A stretch of DNA of 64,000 nt. It comes from Eledone cirrhosa (taxonomy: Eukaryota). Within the stretch, counting starts at the first letter, position 1, and each line of letters starts with the position of its first letter. Shown here piece after piece: positions 38,701 through 51,279 of this stretch. A model generated the notes under the pieces. That model searched no databases and was not told where the DNA came from. It worked only from the letters and a program-made list of their open reading frames with translations. The translations under genes and the position numbers were made by a program. The stretch is from NCBI GenBank assembly GCA_964016885.1, contig OZ024762.1, positions 30,194,001 through 30,258,000 of the forward strand. Reading direction: 5' to 3'.

Positions 38701-41700
38701 TGGTGACAATTCATTTAAGTTCATGGTATTAGCTGTCAGAAGTCACTCCAATGTTGGTGAGAATTCATTTAAGTTCATGGTACAAGCTGTCAGAAGTAAC
38801 CCCAATGTTGGTGAGAATTCATTTAAGTTCATGGTATTAGCTGTCAGAAGTCACTCCAATGTTGGTGAGAATTCATTTAAGTTCATGGTATTAGCTGTCA
38901 GAAGTAACTCCACTGTTGGTGAGAATTCATTTAAGTTCATGGTATTAGCTGTCAGAAGTAACTCCACTGTTGGTGAGAATTCATTTAAGTTCATGGTATT
39001 AGCTGTCAGAAGTAACTCCACTGTTGGTGAGAATTCATTTAAGTTCATGGTATTAGCTGTCAGAAGTAACTCCACTGTTGGTGAGAATTCATTTAAGTTC
39101 ATGGTATTAGCTGTCAGAAGTAACTCCACTGTTGGTGAGAATTCATTTAAGTTCATGGTATTAGCTGTCAGAAGTAACTCCACTGTTGGTGAGAATTCAT
39201 TTAAGTTCATGGTATTAGCTGTCAGAAGTAACTCCACTGTTGGTGAGAATTCATTTAAGTTCATGGTATTAGCTGTCAGAAGGAACTCCAATGTTGGTGA
39301 GAATTCATTTAAGTTCATGGTATTAGCTGTCAGAAGGAACGCCACTGTTGGTGAGAATTCATTTAAGTCATGGTATTAGCTGTCAGAAGTAACTCCATTG
39401 TTGGTGAGAATTCATTTAAGTCATGGTACTAGCTGTCAGAAGTAACTCCACTGTTGGTGAGAATTCATTTAAGTTCATGGTATTAGCTGTCAGAAGGAAC
39501 TCCACTGTTGGTGAGAATTCATTTAAGTCATGGTACTAGCTGTCAGAAGTAACTCCAATGTTGGTGAGAATTCATTTAAGTTCATGGTATTAGCTGTCAG
39601 AAGGAACTCCACTGTTGGTGAGAATTCATTTAAGTTCATTGTATTAGCTGTCAGAAGTAACTCCACTGTTGGTGAGAATACATTTAAGTCATGGTATTAG
39701 CTGTCAGAAGTAACTCCAATGTTGGTGAGAATTCATTTAAGTCATGGTACTAGCTGTCAGAAGTAACTCCAATGTTGGTGAGAATTCATTTAAGTTCATG
39801 GTATTAGCTGTCAGAAGGAACTCCACTGTTGGTGAGAATTCATTTAAGTTCATGGTATTAGCTGTCAGAAGTAACTCCACTGTTGGTGAGAATTCATTTA
39901 AGTTCATGGTACTAGCTGTCAGAAGTAACTCCACTGTTGGTGAGAATTCAGTTAAGTTCATGGTACTAGCTGTCAGAAGTAACTCCACTGTTGGTGAGAA
40001 TTCAGTTAAGTTCATGGTATTAGCTGTCAGAAGGAACTCCACTGTTGGTGAGAATTCATTTAAGTTCATGGTATTAGCTGTCAGAAGTAACTCCACTGTT
40101 GGTGAGAATTCATTTAAGTTCATGGTACTAGCTGTCAGAAGTAACTCCACTGTTGGTGAGAATTCATTTAAGTTCATGGTACTAGCTGTCAGAAATAACT
40201 CCACTGTTGGTGAGAATTCAGTTACGTTCATGGTATTAGTTGTCAGAAGTAACTCAAATGTTGGTGAGAATTCATTTAAATCATGGTATTAGTTGTCAGA
40301 AGTAACTCCAACGTTGGTGAGAATTCATTTAAGTTCATGGTACTAGCTGTCAGAAGTAACTCCACTGTTGGTGAAAATTCATTTAAGTTCATGGTATTAG
40401 CTGTCAGAAGTAACTCCACTGTTGGTGAGAATTCATTTAAGTCATGGTATTAGCTGTCAGAAGTAACTCCATTGTTGGTGAGAATTCATTTAAGTCATGG
40501 TACTAGCTGTCAGAAGTAACTCCACTGTTGGTGAGAATTCATTTAAGTTCATGGTATTAGCTGTCAGAAGGAACTCCACTGTTGGTGAGAATTCATTTAA
40601 ATTCATGGTATTAGCTGTCAGAAGTAACTCCACTGTTGGTGAGAATTCATTTAAGTTCATGGTACTAGCTGTCAGAAGTAACTCCACTGTTGGTGAGAAT
40701 TCATTTAAGTTCATGGTACTAGCTGTCAGAAGGAACTCCACTGTTGGTGAGAATTCATTTAAGTTCATGGTATTAGCTGTCAGAAGTAACTCCAATGTTG
40801 GTGAGAATTCATTTAAGTCATGGTACTAGCTGTCAGAAGTAACTCCACTGTTGGTGAGAATTCATTTAAGTTCATGGTATTAGCTGTCAGAAGGAACTCC
40901 ACTGTTGGTGAGAATTCATTTAAGTTCTTGGTATTAGCTGTCAGAAGTGTCTCCACTGTTGGTGAGAATTCATTTAAGTTCATGGTACTAGCTGTCAGAA
41001 GTAACTCCAATGTTGGTGAGAATTCATGTAAGTTCATGGTATTAGCTGTCAGAAGTAACTCCACTGTTGGTGAGAATTCACTTAAGTTCATGGTATTAGC
41101 TGTCAGAAGTAACTCCACTGTTGGTGAGAATTCATTTAAGTTCATGGTACTAGCTGTCAGAAGTAACTCCACTGTTGGTGAGAATTCATTTAAGTTCATG
41201 TTATTAGCTGTCAGAAGTAACTCCACTGTTGGTGAGAATTCATTTAAGTCATGGTATTAGCTATCAGAAATAACTCCATTGTTGGTGAGAATTCATTTAA
41301 GTCATGGTACTAGCTGTCAGAAGTAACTCCACTGTTGGTGAGAATTCATTTAAGTTCATGGTACTAGCTGTCAGAAGTAACTCCACTGTTGGTGAGAATT
41401 CATTTAAGTTCATGGTACTAGCTGTCAGAAGTAACTCCACTGTTGGTGAGAATTCATTTAAGTTCATGGTACTAGCTGTCAGAAGTAACTCCACTGTTGG
41501 TGAGAATTAATTTAAGTTCATGGTACTAGCTGTCAGAAGTAACTCCAATGTTGGTGAGAATTCATTTAAGTTCATGGTATTAGCTGTCAGAAGTAACTCC
41601 ACTGTTGGTGAGAATTCATTTAAGTTCATGGTACTAGCTGTCAGAAGTAACTCCACTGTTGGTGATAATTCATTTACGTTCATGGTACTAGCTGTCAGAA

Positions 41701-42389
41701 GTAACCCCAATGTTGGTGACAATTCATTTAAGTTCATGGTATTAGCTGTCAGAAGTCACTCCAATGTTGGTGAGAATTCATTTAAGTTCATGGTACAAGC
41801 TGTCAGAAGTAACCCCAATGTTGGTGAGAATTCATTTAAGTTCATGGTATTAGCTGTCAGAAGTCACTCCAATGTTGGTGAGAATTCATTTAAGTCATGG
41901 TACTAGCTGTCAGAAGTAACTCCACTGTTGGTGAGAATTCATTTAAGTTCATGGTATTAGCTGTCAGAAGGAACTCCACTGTTGGTGAGAATTCATTTAA
42001 GTCATGGTACTAGCTGTCAGAAGTAACTCCAATGTTGGTGAGAATTCATTTAAGTTCATGGTATTAGCTGTCAGAAGGAACTCCACTGTTGGTGAGAATT
42101 CATTTAAGTTCATGGTATTAGCTGTCAGAAGTAACTCCACTGTTGGTGAGAATTCATTTAAGTCATGGTATTAGCTGTCAGAAGTAACTCCAATGTTGGT
42201 GAGAATTCATTTAAGTCATGGTACTAGCTGTCAGAAGTAACTCCACTGTTGGTGAGAATTCATTTAAGTTCATGGTATTAGCTGTCAGAAGGAACTCCAA
42301 TGTTGGTGAGAATTCATTTAAGTTCATGGTATTAGCTGTCAGAAGGAACGCCACTGTTGGTGAGAATTCATTTAAGTCATGGTATCAGC

Positions 42390-44630
42390 TGTCAGAAGTA
42401 ACTCCATTGTTGGTGAGAATTCATTTAAGTCATGGTACTAGCTGTCAGAAGTAACTCCACTGTTGGTGAGAATTCATTTAAGTTCATGGTATTAGCTGTC
42501 AGAAGGAACTCCACTGTTGGTGAGAATTCATTTAAGTTATGGTACTAGCTGTCAGAAGTAACTCCAATGTTGGTGAGAATTCATTTAAGTTCATGGTATT
42601 AGCTGTCAGAAGGAACTCCACTGTTGGTGAGAATTCATTTAAGTTCGTTGTATTAGCTGTCAGAAGTAACTCCACTGTTGGTGAGAATTCATTTAAGTCA
42701 TGGTATTAGCTGTCAGAAGTAACTCCAATGTTGGTGAGAATTCATTTAAGTCATGGTACTAGCTGTCAGAAGTAACTCCAATGTTGGTGAGAATTCATTT
42801 AAGTTCATGGTATTAGCTGTCAGAAGGAACTCCACTGTTGGTGAGAATTCATTTAAGTTCATGGTATTAGCTGTCAGAAGTAACTCCACTGTTGGTGAGA
42901 ATTCATTTCAGTTCATGGTACTAGCTGTCAGAAGTAACTCCACTGTTGGTGAGAATTCAGTTAAGTTCATGGTACTAGCTGTCAGAAGTAACTCCACTGT
43001 TGGTGAGAATTCAGTTAAGTTCATGGTATTAGCTGTCAGAAGGAACTCCACTGTTGGTGAGAATTCATTTAAGTTCATGGTATTAGCTGTCAGAAGTAAC
43101 TCCACTGTTGGTGAGAATTCATTTAAGTTCATGGTACTAGCTGTCAGAAGTAACTCCACTGTTGGTGAGAATTCATTTAAGTTCATGGTACTAGCTGTCA
43201 GAAATAACTCCACTGTTGGTGAGAATTCAGTTACGTTCATGGTATTAGTTGTCAGAAGTAACTCAAATGTTGGTGAGAATTCATTTAAATCATGGTATTA
43301 GTTGTCAGAAGTAACTCCAACGTTGGTGAGAATTCATTTAAGTTCATGGTACTAGCTGTCAGAAGTAACTCCACTGTTGGTGAAAATTCATTTAAGTTCA
43401 TGGTATTAGCTGTCAGAAGTAACTCCACTGTTGGTGAGAATTCATTTAAGTCATGGTATTAGCTGTCAGAAGTAACTCCATTGTTGGTGAGAATTCATTT
43501 AAGTCATGGTACTAGCTGTCAGAAGTAACTCCACTGTTGGTGAGAATTCATTTAAGTTCATGGTATTAGCTGTCAGAAGGAACTCCACTGTTGGTGAGAA
43601 TTCATTTAAATTCATGGTATTAGCTGTCAGAAGTAACTCCACTGTTGGTGAGAATTCATTTAAGTTCATGGTACTAGCTGTCAGAAGTAACTCCACTGTT
43701 GGTGAGAATTCATTTAAGTTCATGGTACTAGCTGTCAGAAGGAACTCCACTGTTGGTGAGAATTCATTTAAGTTCATGGTATTAGCTGTCAGAAGTAACT
43801 CCAATGTTGGTGAGAATTCATTTAAGTCATGGTACTAGCTGTCAGAAGTAACTCCACTGTTGGTGAGAATTCATTTAAGTTCATGGTATTAGCTGTCAGA
43901 AGGAACTCCACTGTTGGTGAGAATTCATTTAAGTTCATGGTATTAGCTGTCAGAAGTGTCTCCACTGTTGGTGAGAATTCATTTAAGTTCATGGTACTAG
44001 CTGTCAGAAGTAACTCCAATGTTGGTGAGAATTCATGTAAGTTCATGGTATTAGCTGTCAGAAGTAACTCCACTGTTGGTGAGAATTCACTTAAGTTCAT
44101 GGTATTAGCTGTCAGAAGTAACTCCACTGTTGGTGAGAATTCATTTAAGTTCATGGTACTAGCTGTCAGAAGTAACTCCACTGTTGGTGAGAATTCATTT
44201 AAGTTCATGTTATTAGCTGTCAGAAGTAACTCCACTGTTGGTGAGAATTCATTTAAGTCATGGTATTAGCTATCAGAAGTAACTCCATTGTTGGTGAGAA
44301 TTCATTTAAGTCATGGTACTAGCTGTCAGAAGTAACTCCACTGTTGGTGAGAATTCATTTAAGTTCATGGTACTAGCTGTCAGAAGTAACTCCACTGTTG
44401 GTGAGAATTCATTTAAGTTCATGGTACTAGCTGTCAGAAGTAACTCCACTGTTGGTGAGAATTCATTTAAGTTCATGGTACTAGCTGTCAGAAGTAACTC
44501 CACTGTTGGTGAGAATTCATTTAAGTTCATGGTACTAGCTGTCAGAAGTAACTCCAATGTTGGTGAGAATTCATTTAAGTTCATGGTATTAGCTGTCAGA
44601 AGTAACTCCACTGTTGGTGAGAATTCATTT
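42390..44630. repeat. Copy of ~39380-41620 at offset 3009
   Basis: Block starts 39744/42753, 40497/43506, 40820/43829 and 41304/44313 differ by 3009. AGAAATAAC..GTTACG and TTTAAATTC are shared. Confidence 0.82.
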
Positions 44631-47600
44631 AAGTTCATGGTACTAGCTGTCAGAAGTAACTCCACTGTTGGTGAGAATTCATTTAAGTTCATGGTATTAG
44701 CTGTCAGAAGTAACTCCACTGTTGGTGAGAATTCATTTAAGTTCATGGTACTAGCTGTCAGAAGTAACCCCGATGTTGGTGACAATTCATTTAAGTTCAT
44801 GGTATTAGCTGTCAGAAGTCGCTCCAATGTTGGTGAGAATTCATTTAAGTTCATGGTATTAGCTGTCAGAAGTCACTCCACTGTTGGTGAGAATTCATTT
44901 AAGTTCATGGTACTAGCTGTCAGAAGTAACCCCAATGTTGGTGAGAATTCATTTAAGTTCATGGTATTAGCTGTCAGAAGTCACTCCAATGTTGGTGAGA
45001 ATTCATTTAAGTTCATGGTATTAGCTGTCAGAAGTAACTCCACTGTTGGTGAGAATTCATTTAAGTTCATGGTATTAGCTGTCAGAAGTAACTCCACTGT
45101 TGGTGAGAATTCATTTAAGTTCATGGTATTAGCTGTCAGAAGTAACTACACTGTTGGTGAGAATTCATTTAAGTTCATGGTATTAGCTGTCAGAAGTAAC
45201 TCCACTGTTGGTGAGAATTCATTTAAGTTCATGGTATTAGCTGTCAGAAGGAACTCCAATGTTGGTGAGAATTCATTTAAGTTCATGGTATTAGCTGTCA
45301 GAAGGAACGCCACTGTTGGTGAGAATTCATTTAAGTCATGGTACTAGCTGTCAGAAGTAACTCCAATGTTGGTGAGAATTCATTTAAGTTCATGGTATTA
45401 GCTGTCAGAAGGAACTCCACTGTTGGTGAGAATTCATTTAAGTTCATGGTATTAGCTGTCAGAAGTAACTCCAGTGTTGGTGAGAATTCATTTAAGTCAT
45501 GGTATTAGCTGTCAGAAGTAACTCCAATGTTGGTGAGAATTCATTTAAGTCATGGTACTAGCTGTCAGAAGGAACTCCACTGTTGGTGAGAATTCATTTA
45601 AGTTCATGGTACTAGCTGTCAGAAGTAACTCCACTGTTGGTGAGAATTCATTTAAGTTCATGGTACTAGCTGTCAGAAGGAACTCCACTGTTGGTGAGAA
45701 TTCATTTAAGTTCATGGTATTAGCTGTCAGAAGTAACTCCAATGTTGGTAAGAATTCATTTATGTCATGGTACTAGCTGTCAGAAGTAACTCCACTGTTG
45801 GTGAGAATTCATTTAAGTTCATGGTATTAGCTGTCAGAAGGAACTCCACTGTTGGTGAGAATTCATTTAAGTTCATGGTATTAGCTGTCAGAAGTGACTC
45901 CACTGTTGGTGAGAATTCATTTAAGTTCATGGTACTAGCTGTCAGAAGTAACTCCAATGTTGGTGAGAATTCATGTAAGTTCATGGTATTAGCTGTCAGA
46001 AGTAACTCCACTGTTGGTGAGAATTCACTTAAGTTCATGGTATTAGCTGTCAGAAGTAACTCCACTGTTGGTGAGAATTCATTTAAGTTCATGGTACTAG
46101 CTGTCAGAAGTAACTCCACTGTTGGTGAGAATTCATTTAAGTTCATGGTATTAGCTGTCAGAAGTAACTCCACTGTTGGTGAGAATTCATTTAAGTCATG
46201 GTATTAGCTATCAGAAGTAACTCCATTGTTGGTGAGAATTCATTTAAGTCATGGTACTAGCTGTCAGAAGTAACTCCACTGTTGGTGAGAATTCATTTAA
46301 GTTCATGGTACTAGCTGTCAGAAGTAACTCCACTGTTGGTGAGAATTCATTTAAGTTCATGGTACTAGCTGTCAGAAGTAACTCCACTGTTGGTGAGAAT
46401 TCATTTAAGTTCATGGTACTAGCTGTCAGAAGTAACTCCACTGTTGGTGAGAATTCATTTAAGTTCATGGTACTAGCTGTCAGAAGTAACTCCAATGTTG
46501 GTGAGAATTCATTTAAGTTCATGGTATTAGCTGTCAGAAGTAACTCCACTGTTGGTGAGAATTCATTTAAGTTCATGGTACTAGCTGTCAGAAGTAACTC
46601 CACTGTTGGTGATAATTCATTTAAGTTCATGGTATTAGCTGTCAGAAGTAACTCCACTGTTGGTGAGAATTCATTTAAGTTCATGGTACTAGCTGTCAGA
46701 AGTAACCCCAATGTTGGTGACAATTCATTTAAGTTCATGGTATTAGCTGTCAGAAGTCACTCCAATGTTGGTGAGAATTCATTTAAGTTCATGGTACAAG
46801 CTGTCAGAAGTAACCCCAATGTTGGTGAGAATTCATTTAAGTTCATGGTATTAGCTGTCAGAAGTCACTCCAATGTTGGTGAGAATTCATTTAAGTTCAT
46901 GGTATTAGCTGTCAGAAGTAACTCCACTGTTGGTGAGAATTCATTTAAGTTCATGGTATTAGCTGTCAGAAGTAACTCCACTGTTGGTGAGAATTCATTT
47001 AAGTTCATGGTATTAGCTGTCAGAAGTAACTCCACTGTTGGTGAGAATTCATTTAAGTTCATGGTATTAGCTGTCAGAAGTAACTCCACTGTTGGTGAGA
47101 ATTCATTTAAGTTCATGGTATTAGCTGTCAGAAGTAACTCCACTGTTGGTGAGAATTCATTTAAGTTCATGGTATTAGCTGTCAGAAGTAACTCCACTGT
47201 TGGTGAGAATTCATTTAAGTTCATGGTATTAGCTGTCAGAAGTAACTCCACTGTTGGTGAGAATTCATTTAAGTTCATGGTATTAGCTGTCAGAAGGAAC
47301 TCCAATGTTGGTGAGAATTCATTTAAGTTCATGGTATTAGCTGTCAGAAGGAACGCCACTGTTGGTGAGAATTCATTTAAGTCATGGTATTAGCTGTCAG
47401 AAGTAACTCCATTGTTGGTGAGAATTCATTTAAGTCATGGTACTAGCTGTCAGAAGTAACTCCACTGTTGGTGAGAATTCATTTAAGTTCATGGTATTAG
47501 CTGTCAGAAGGAACTCCACTGTTGGTGAGAATTCATTTAAGTCATGGTACTAGCTGTCAGAAGTAACTCCAATGTTGGTGAGAATTCATTTAAGTTCATG

Positions 47601-49450
47601 GTATTAGCTGTCAGAAGGAACTCCACTGTTGGTGAGAATTCATTTAAGTTCATTGTATTAGCTGTCAGAAGTAACTCCACTGTTGGTGAGAATTCATTTA
47701 AGTCATGGTATTAGCTGTCAGAAGTAACTCCAATGTTGGTGGGAATTCATTTAAGTCATGGTACTAGCTGTCAGAAGTAACTCCAATGTTGGTGAGAATT
47801 CATTTAAGTTGATGGTATTAGCTGTCAGAAGGAACTCCACTGTTGGTGAGAATTCATTTAAGTTCATGGTATTAGCTGTCAGAAGTAACTCCACTGTTGG
47901 TGAGAATTCATTTAAGTTCATGGTACTAGCTGTCAGAAGTAACTCCACTGTTGGTGAGAATTCAGTTAAGTTCATGGTACTAGCTGTCAGAAGTAACTCC
48001 ACTGTTGGTGAGAATTCAGTTAAGTTCATGGTATTAGCTGTCAGAAGGAACTCCACTGTTGGTGAGAATTCATTTAAGTTCATGGTATTAGCTGTCAGAA
48101 GTAACTCCACTGTTGGTGAGAATTCATTTAAGTTCATGGTACTAGCTGTCAGAAGTAACTCCACTGTTGGTGAGAATTCATTTAAGTTCATGGTACTAGC
48201 TGTCAGAAATAACTCCACTGTTGGTGAGAATTCAGTTACGTTCATGGTATTAGTTGTCAGAAGTAACTCAAATGTTGGTGAGAATTCATTTAAATCATGG
48301 TATTAGTTGTCAGAAGTAACTCCAACGTTGGTGAGAATTCATTTAAGTTCATGGTACTAGCTGTCAGAAGTAACTCCACTGTTGGTGAAAATTCATTTAA
48401 GTTCATGGTATTAGCTGTCAGAAGTAACTCCACTGTTGGTGAGAATTCATTTAAGTCATGGTATTAGCTGTCAGAAGTAACTCCATTGTTGGTGAGAATT
48501 CATTTAAGTCATGGTACTAGCTGTCAGAAGTAACTCCACTGTTGGTGAGAATTCATTTAAGTTCATGGTATTAGCTGTCAGAAGGAACTCCACTGTTGGT
48601 GAGAATTCATTTAAATTCATGGTATTAGCTGTCAGAAGTAACTCCACTGTTGGTGAGAATTCATTTAAGTTCATGGTACTAGCTGTCAGAAGTAACTCCA
48701 CTGTTGGTGAGAATTCATTTAAGTTCATGGTATTAGCTGTCAGAAGGAACTCCACTGTTGGTGAGAATTCATTTAAGTTCTTGGTATTAGCTGTCAGAAG
48801 TGTCTCCACTGTTGGTGAGAATTCATTTAAGTTCATGGTACTAGCTGTCAGAAGTAACTCCAATGTTGGTGAGAATTCATGTAAGTTCATGGTATTAGCT
48901 GTCAGAAGTAACTCCACTGTTGGTGAGAATTCACTTAAGTTCATGGTATTAGCTGTCAGAAGTAACTCCACTGTTGGTGAGAATTCATTTAAGTTCATGG
49001 TACTAGCTGTCAGAAGTAACTCCACTGTTGGTGAGAATTCATTTAAGTTCATGTTATTAGCTGTCAGAAGTAACTCCACTGTTGGTGAGAATTCATTTAA
49101 GTCATGGTATTAGCTATCAGAAGTAACTCCATTGTTGGTGAGAATTCATTTAAGTCATGGTACTAGCTGTCAGAAGTAACTCCACTGTTGGTGAGAATTC
49201 ATTTAAGTTCATGGTACTAGCTGTCAGAAGTAACTCCACTGTTGGTGAGAATTCATTTAAGTTCATGGTACTAGCTGTCAGAAGTAACTCCACTGTTGGT
49301 GAGAATTAATTTAAGTTCATGGTACTAGCTGTCAGAAGTAACTCCACTGTTGGTGAGAATTAATTTAAGTTCATGGTACTAGCTGTCAGAAGTAACTCCA
49401 ATGTTGGTGAGAATTCATTTAAGTTCATGGTATTAGCTGTCAGAAGTAAC
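43829..49450. repeat. Copy of ~35815-41600 at offset 8014 (7853 after a 3-monomer deletion)
   Basis: Starts 35815/43829, 36299/44313, 37538/45552, 37753/45767, 38237/46251, 39744/47758 and 40497/48511 differ by 8014, then 41260/49113 differ by 7853. The rare AGTGAC (~37879/45893) and TTCTTGG (~40925/48778) are shared. Confidence 0.9.
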
Positions 49451-51279
49451 TCCAATGTTGGTAAGAATTCATTTATGTCATGGTACAAGCTGTCAGAAGT
49501 AACTCCACTGTTGGTGAGAATTCATTTAAGTTCATGGTATTAGCTGTCAGAAGGAACTCCACTGTTGGTGAGAATTCATTTAAGTTCATGGTATTAGCTG
49601 TCAGAAGTGACTCCACTGTTGGTGAGAATTCATTTAAGTTCATGGTACTAGCTGTCAGAAGTAACTCCAATGTTGGTGAGAATTCATGTAAGTTCATGGT
49701 ATTAGCTGTCAGAAGTAACTCCACTGTTGGTGAGGATTCACTTAAGTTCATGGTATTAGCTGTCAGAAGTAACTCCACTGTTGGTGAGAATTCATTTAAG
49801 TTCATGGTACTAGCTGTCAGAAGTAACTCCACTGTTGGTGAGAATTCATTTAAGTTCATGGTATTAGCTGTCAGAAGTAACTCCACTGTTGGTGAGAATT
49901 CATTTAAGTCATGGTATTAGCTATCAGAAGTAACTCCATTGTTGGTGAGAATTCATTTAAGTCATGGTACTAGCTGTCAGAAGTAACTCCACTGTTGGTG
50001 AGAATTCATTTAAGTTCATGGTACTAGCTGTCAGAAGTAACTCCACTGTTGGTGAGAATTCATTTAAGTTCATGGTACTAGCTGTCAGAAGTAACTCCAC
50101 TGTTGGTGAGAATTCATTTAAGTTCATGGTACTAGCTGTCAGAAGTAACTCCACTGTTGGTGAGAATTCATTTAAGTTCATGGTACTAGCTGTCAGAAGT
50201 AACTCCAATGTTGGTGAGAATTCATTTAAGTTCATGGTATTAGCTGTCAGAAGTAACTCCACTGTTGGTGAGAATTCATTTAAGTTCATGGTACTAGCTG
50301 TCAGAAGTAACTCCACTGTTGGTGATAATTCATTTAAGTTCATGGTATTAGCTGTCAGAAGTAACTCCACTGTTGGTGAGAATTCATTTAAGTTCATGGT
50401 ACTAGCTGTCAGAAGTAACTCCACTGTTGGTGAGAATTCAGTTAAGTTCATGGTACTAGCTGTCAGAAGTAACTCCACTGTTGGTGAGAATTCAGTTAAG
50501 TTCATGGTATTAGCTGTCAGAAGGAACTCCACTGTTGGTGAGAATTCATTTAAGTTCATGGTATTAGCTGTCAGAAGTAACTCCACTGTTGGTGAGAATT
50601 CATTTAAGTTCATGGTACTAGCTGTCAGAAGTCACTCCAATGTTGGTGAGAATTCATTTAAGTTCATGGTATTAGCTGTCAGAAGTAACTCCACTGTTAG
50701 TGAGAATTCATTTAAGTTCATGGTATTAGCTGTCAGAAGTAACTCCACTGTTGGTGAGAATTCATTTAAGTTCATGGTATTAGCTGTCAGAAGTAACTCC
50801 ACTGTTGGTGAGAATTCATTTAAGTTCATGGTATTAGCTGTCAGAAGTAACTCCACTGTTGGTGAGAATTCATTTAAGTTCATGGTATTAGCTGTCAGAA
50901 GTAACTCCACTGTTGGTGAGAATTCATTTAAGTTCATGGTATTAGCTGTCAGAAGTAACTCCACTGTTGGTGAGAATTCATTTAAGTTCATGGTATTAGC
51001 TGTCAGAAGGAACTCCAATGTTGGTGAGAATTCATTTAAGTTCATGGTATTAGCTGTCAGAAGGAACGCCACTGTTGGTGAGAATTCATTTAAGTCTTGG
51101 TATTAGCTGTCAGAAGTAACTCCATTGTTGGTGAGAATTCATTTAAGTCATGGTACTAGCTGTCAGAAGTAACTCCACTGTTGGTGAGAATTCATTTAAG
51201 TTCATGGTATTAGCTGTCAGAAGGAACTCCACTGTTGGTGAGAATTCATTTAAGTCATGGTACTAGCTGTCAGAAGTCA

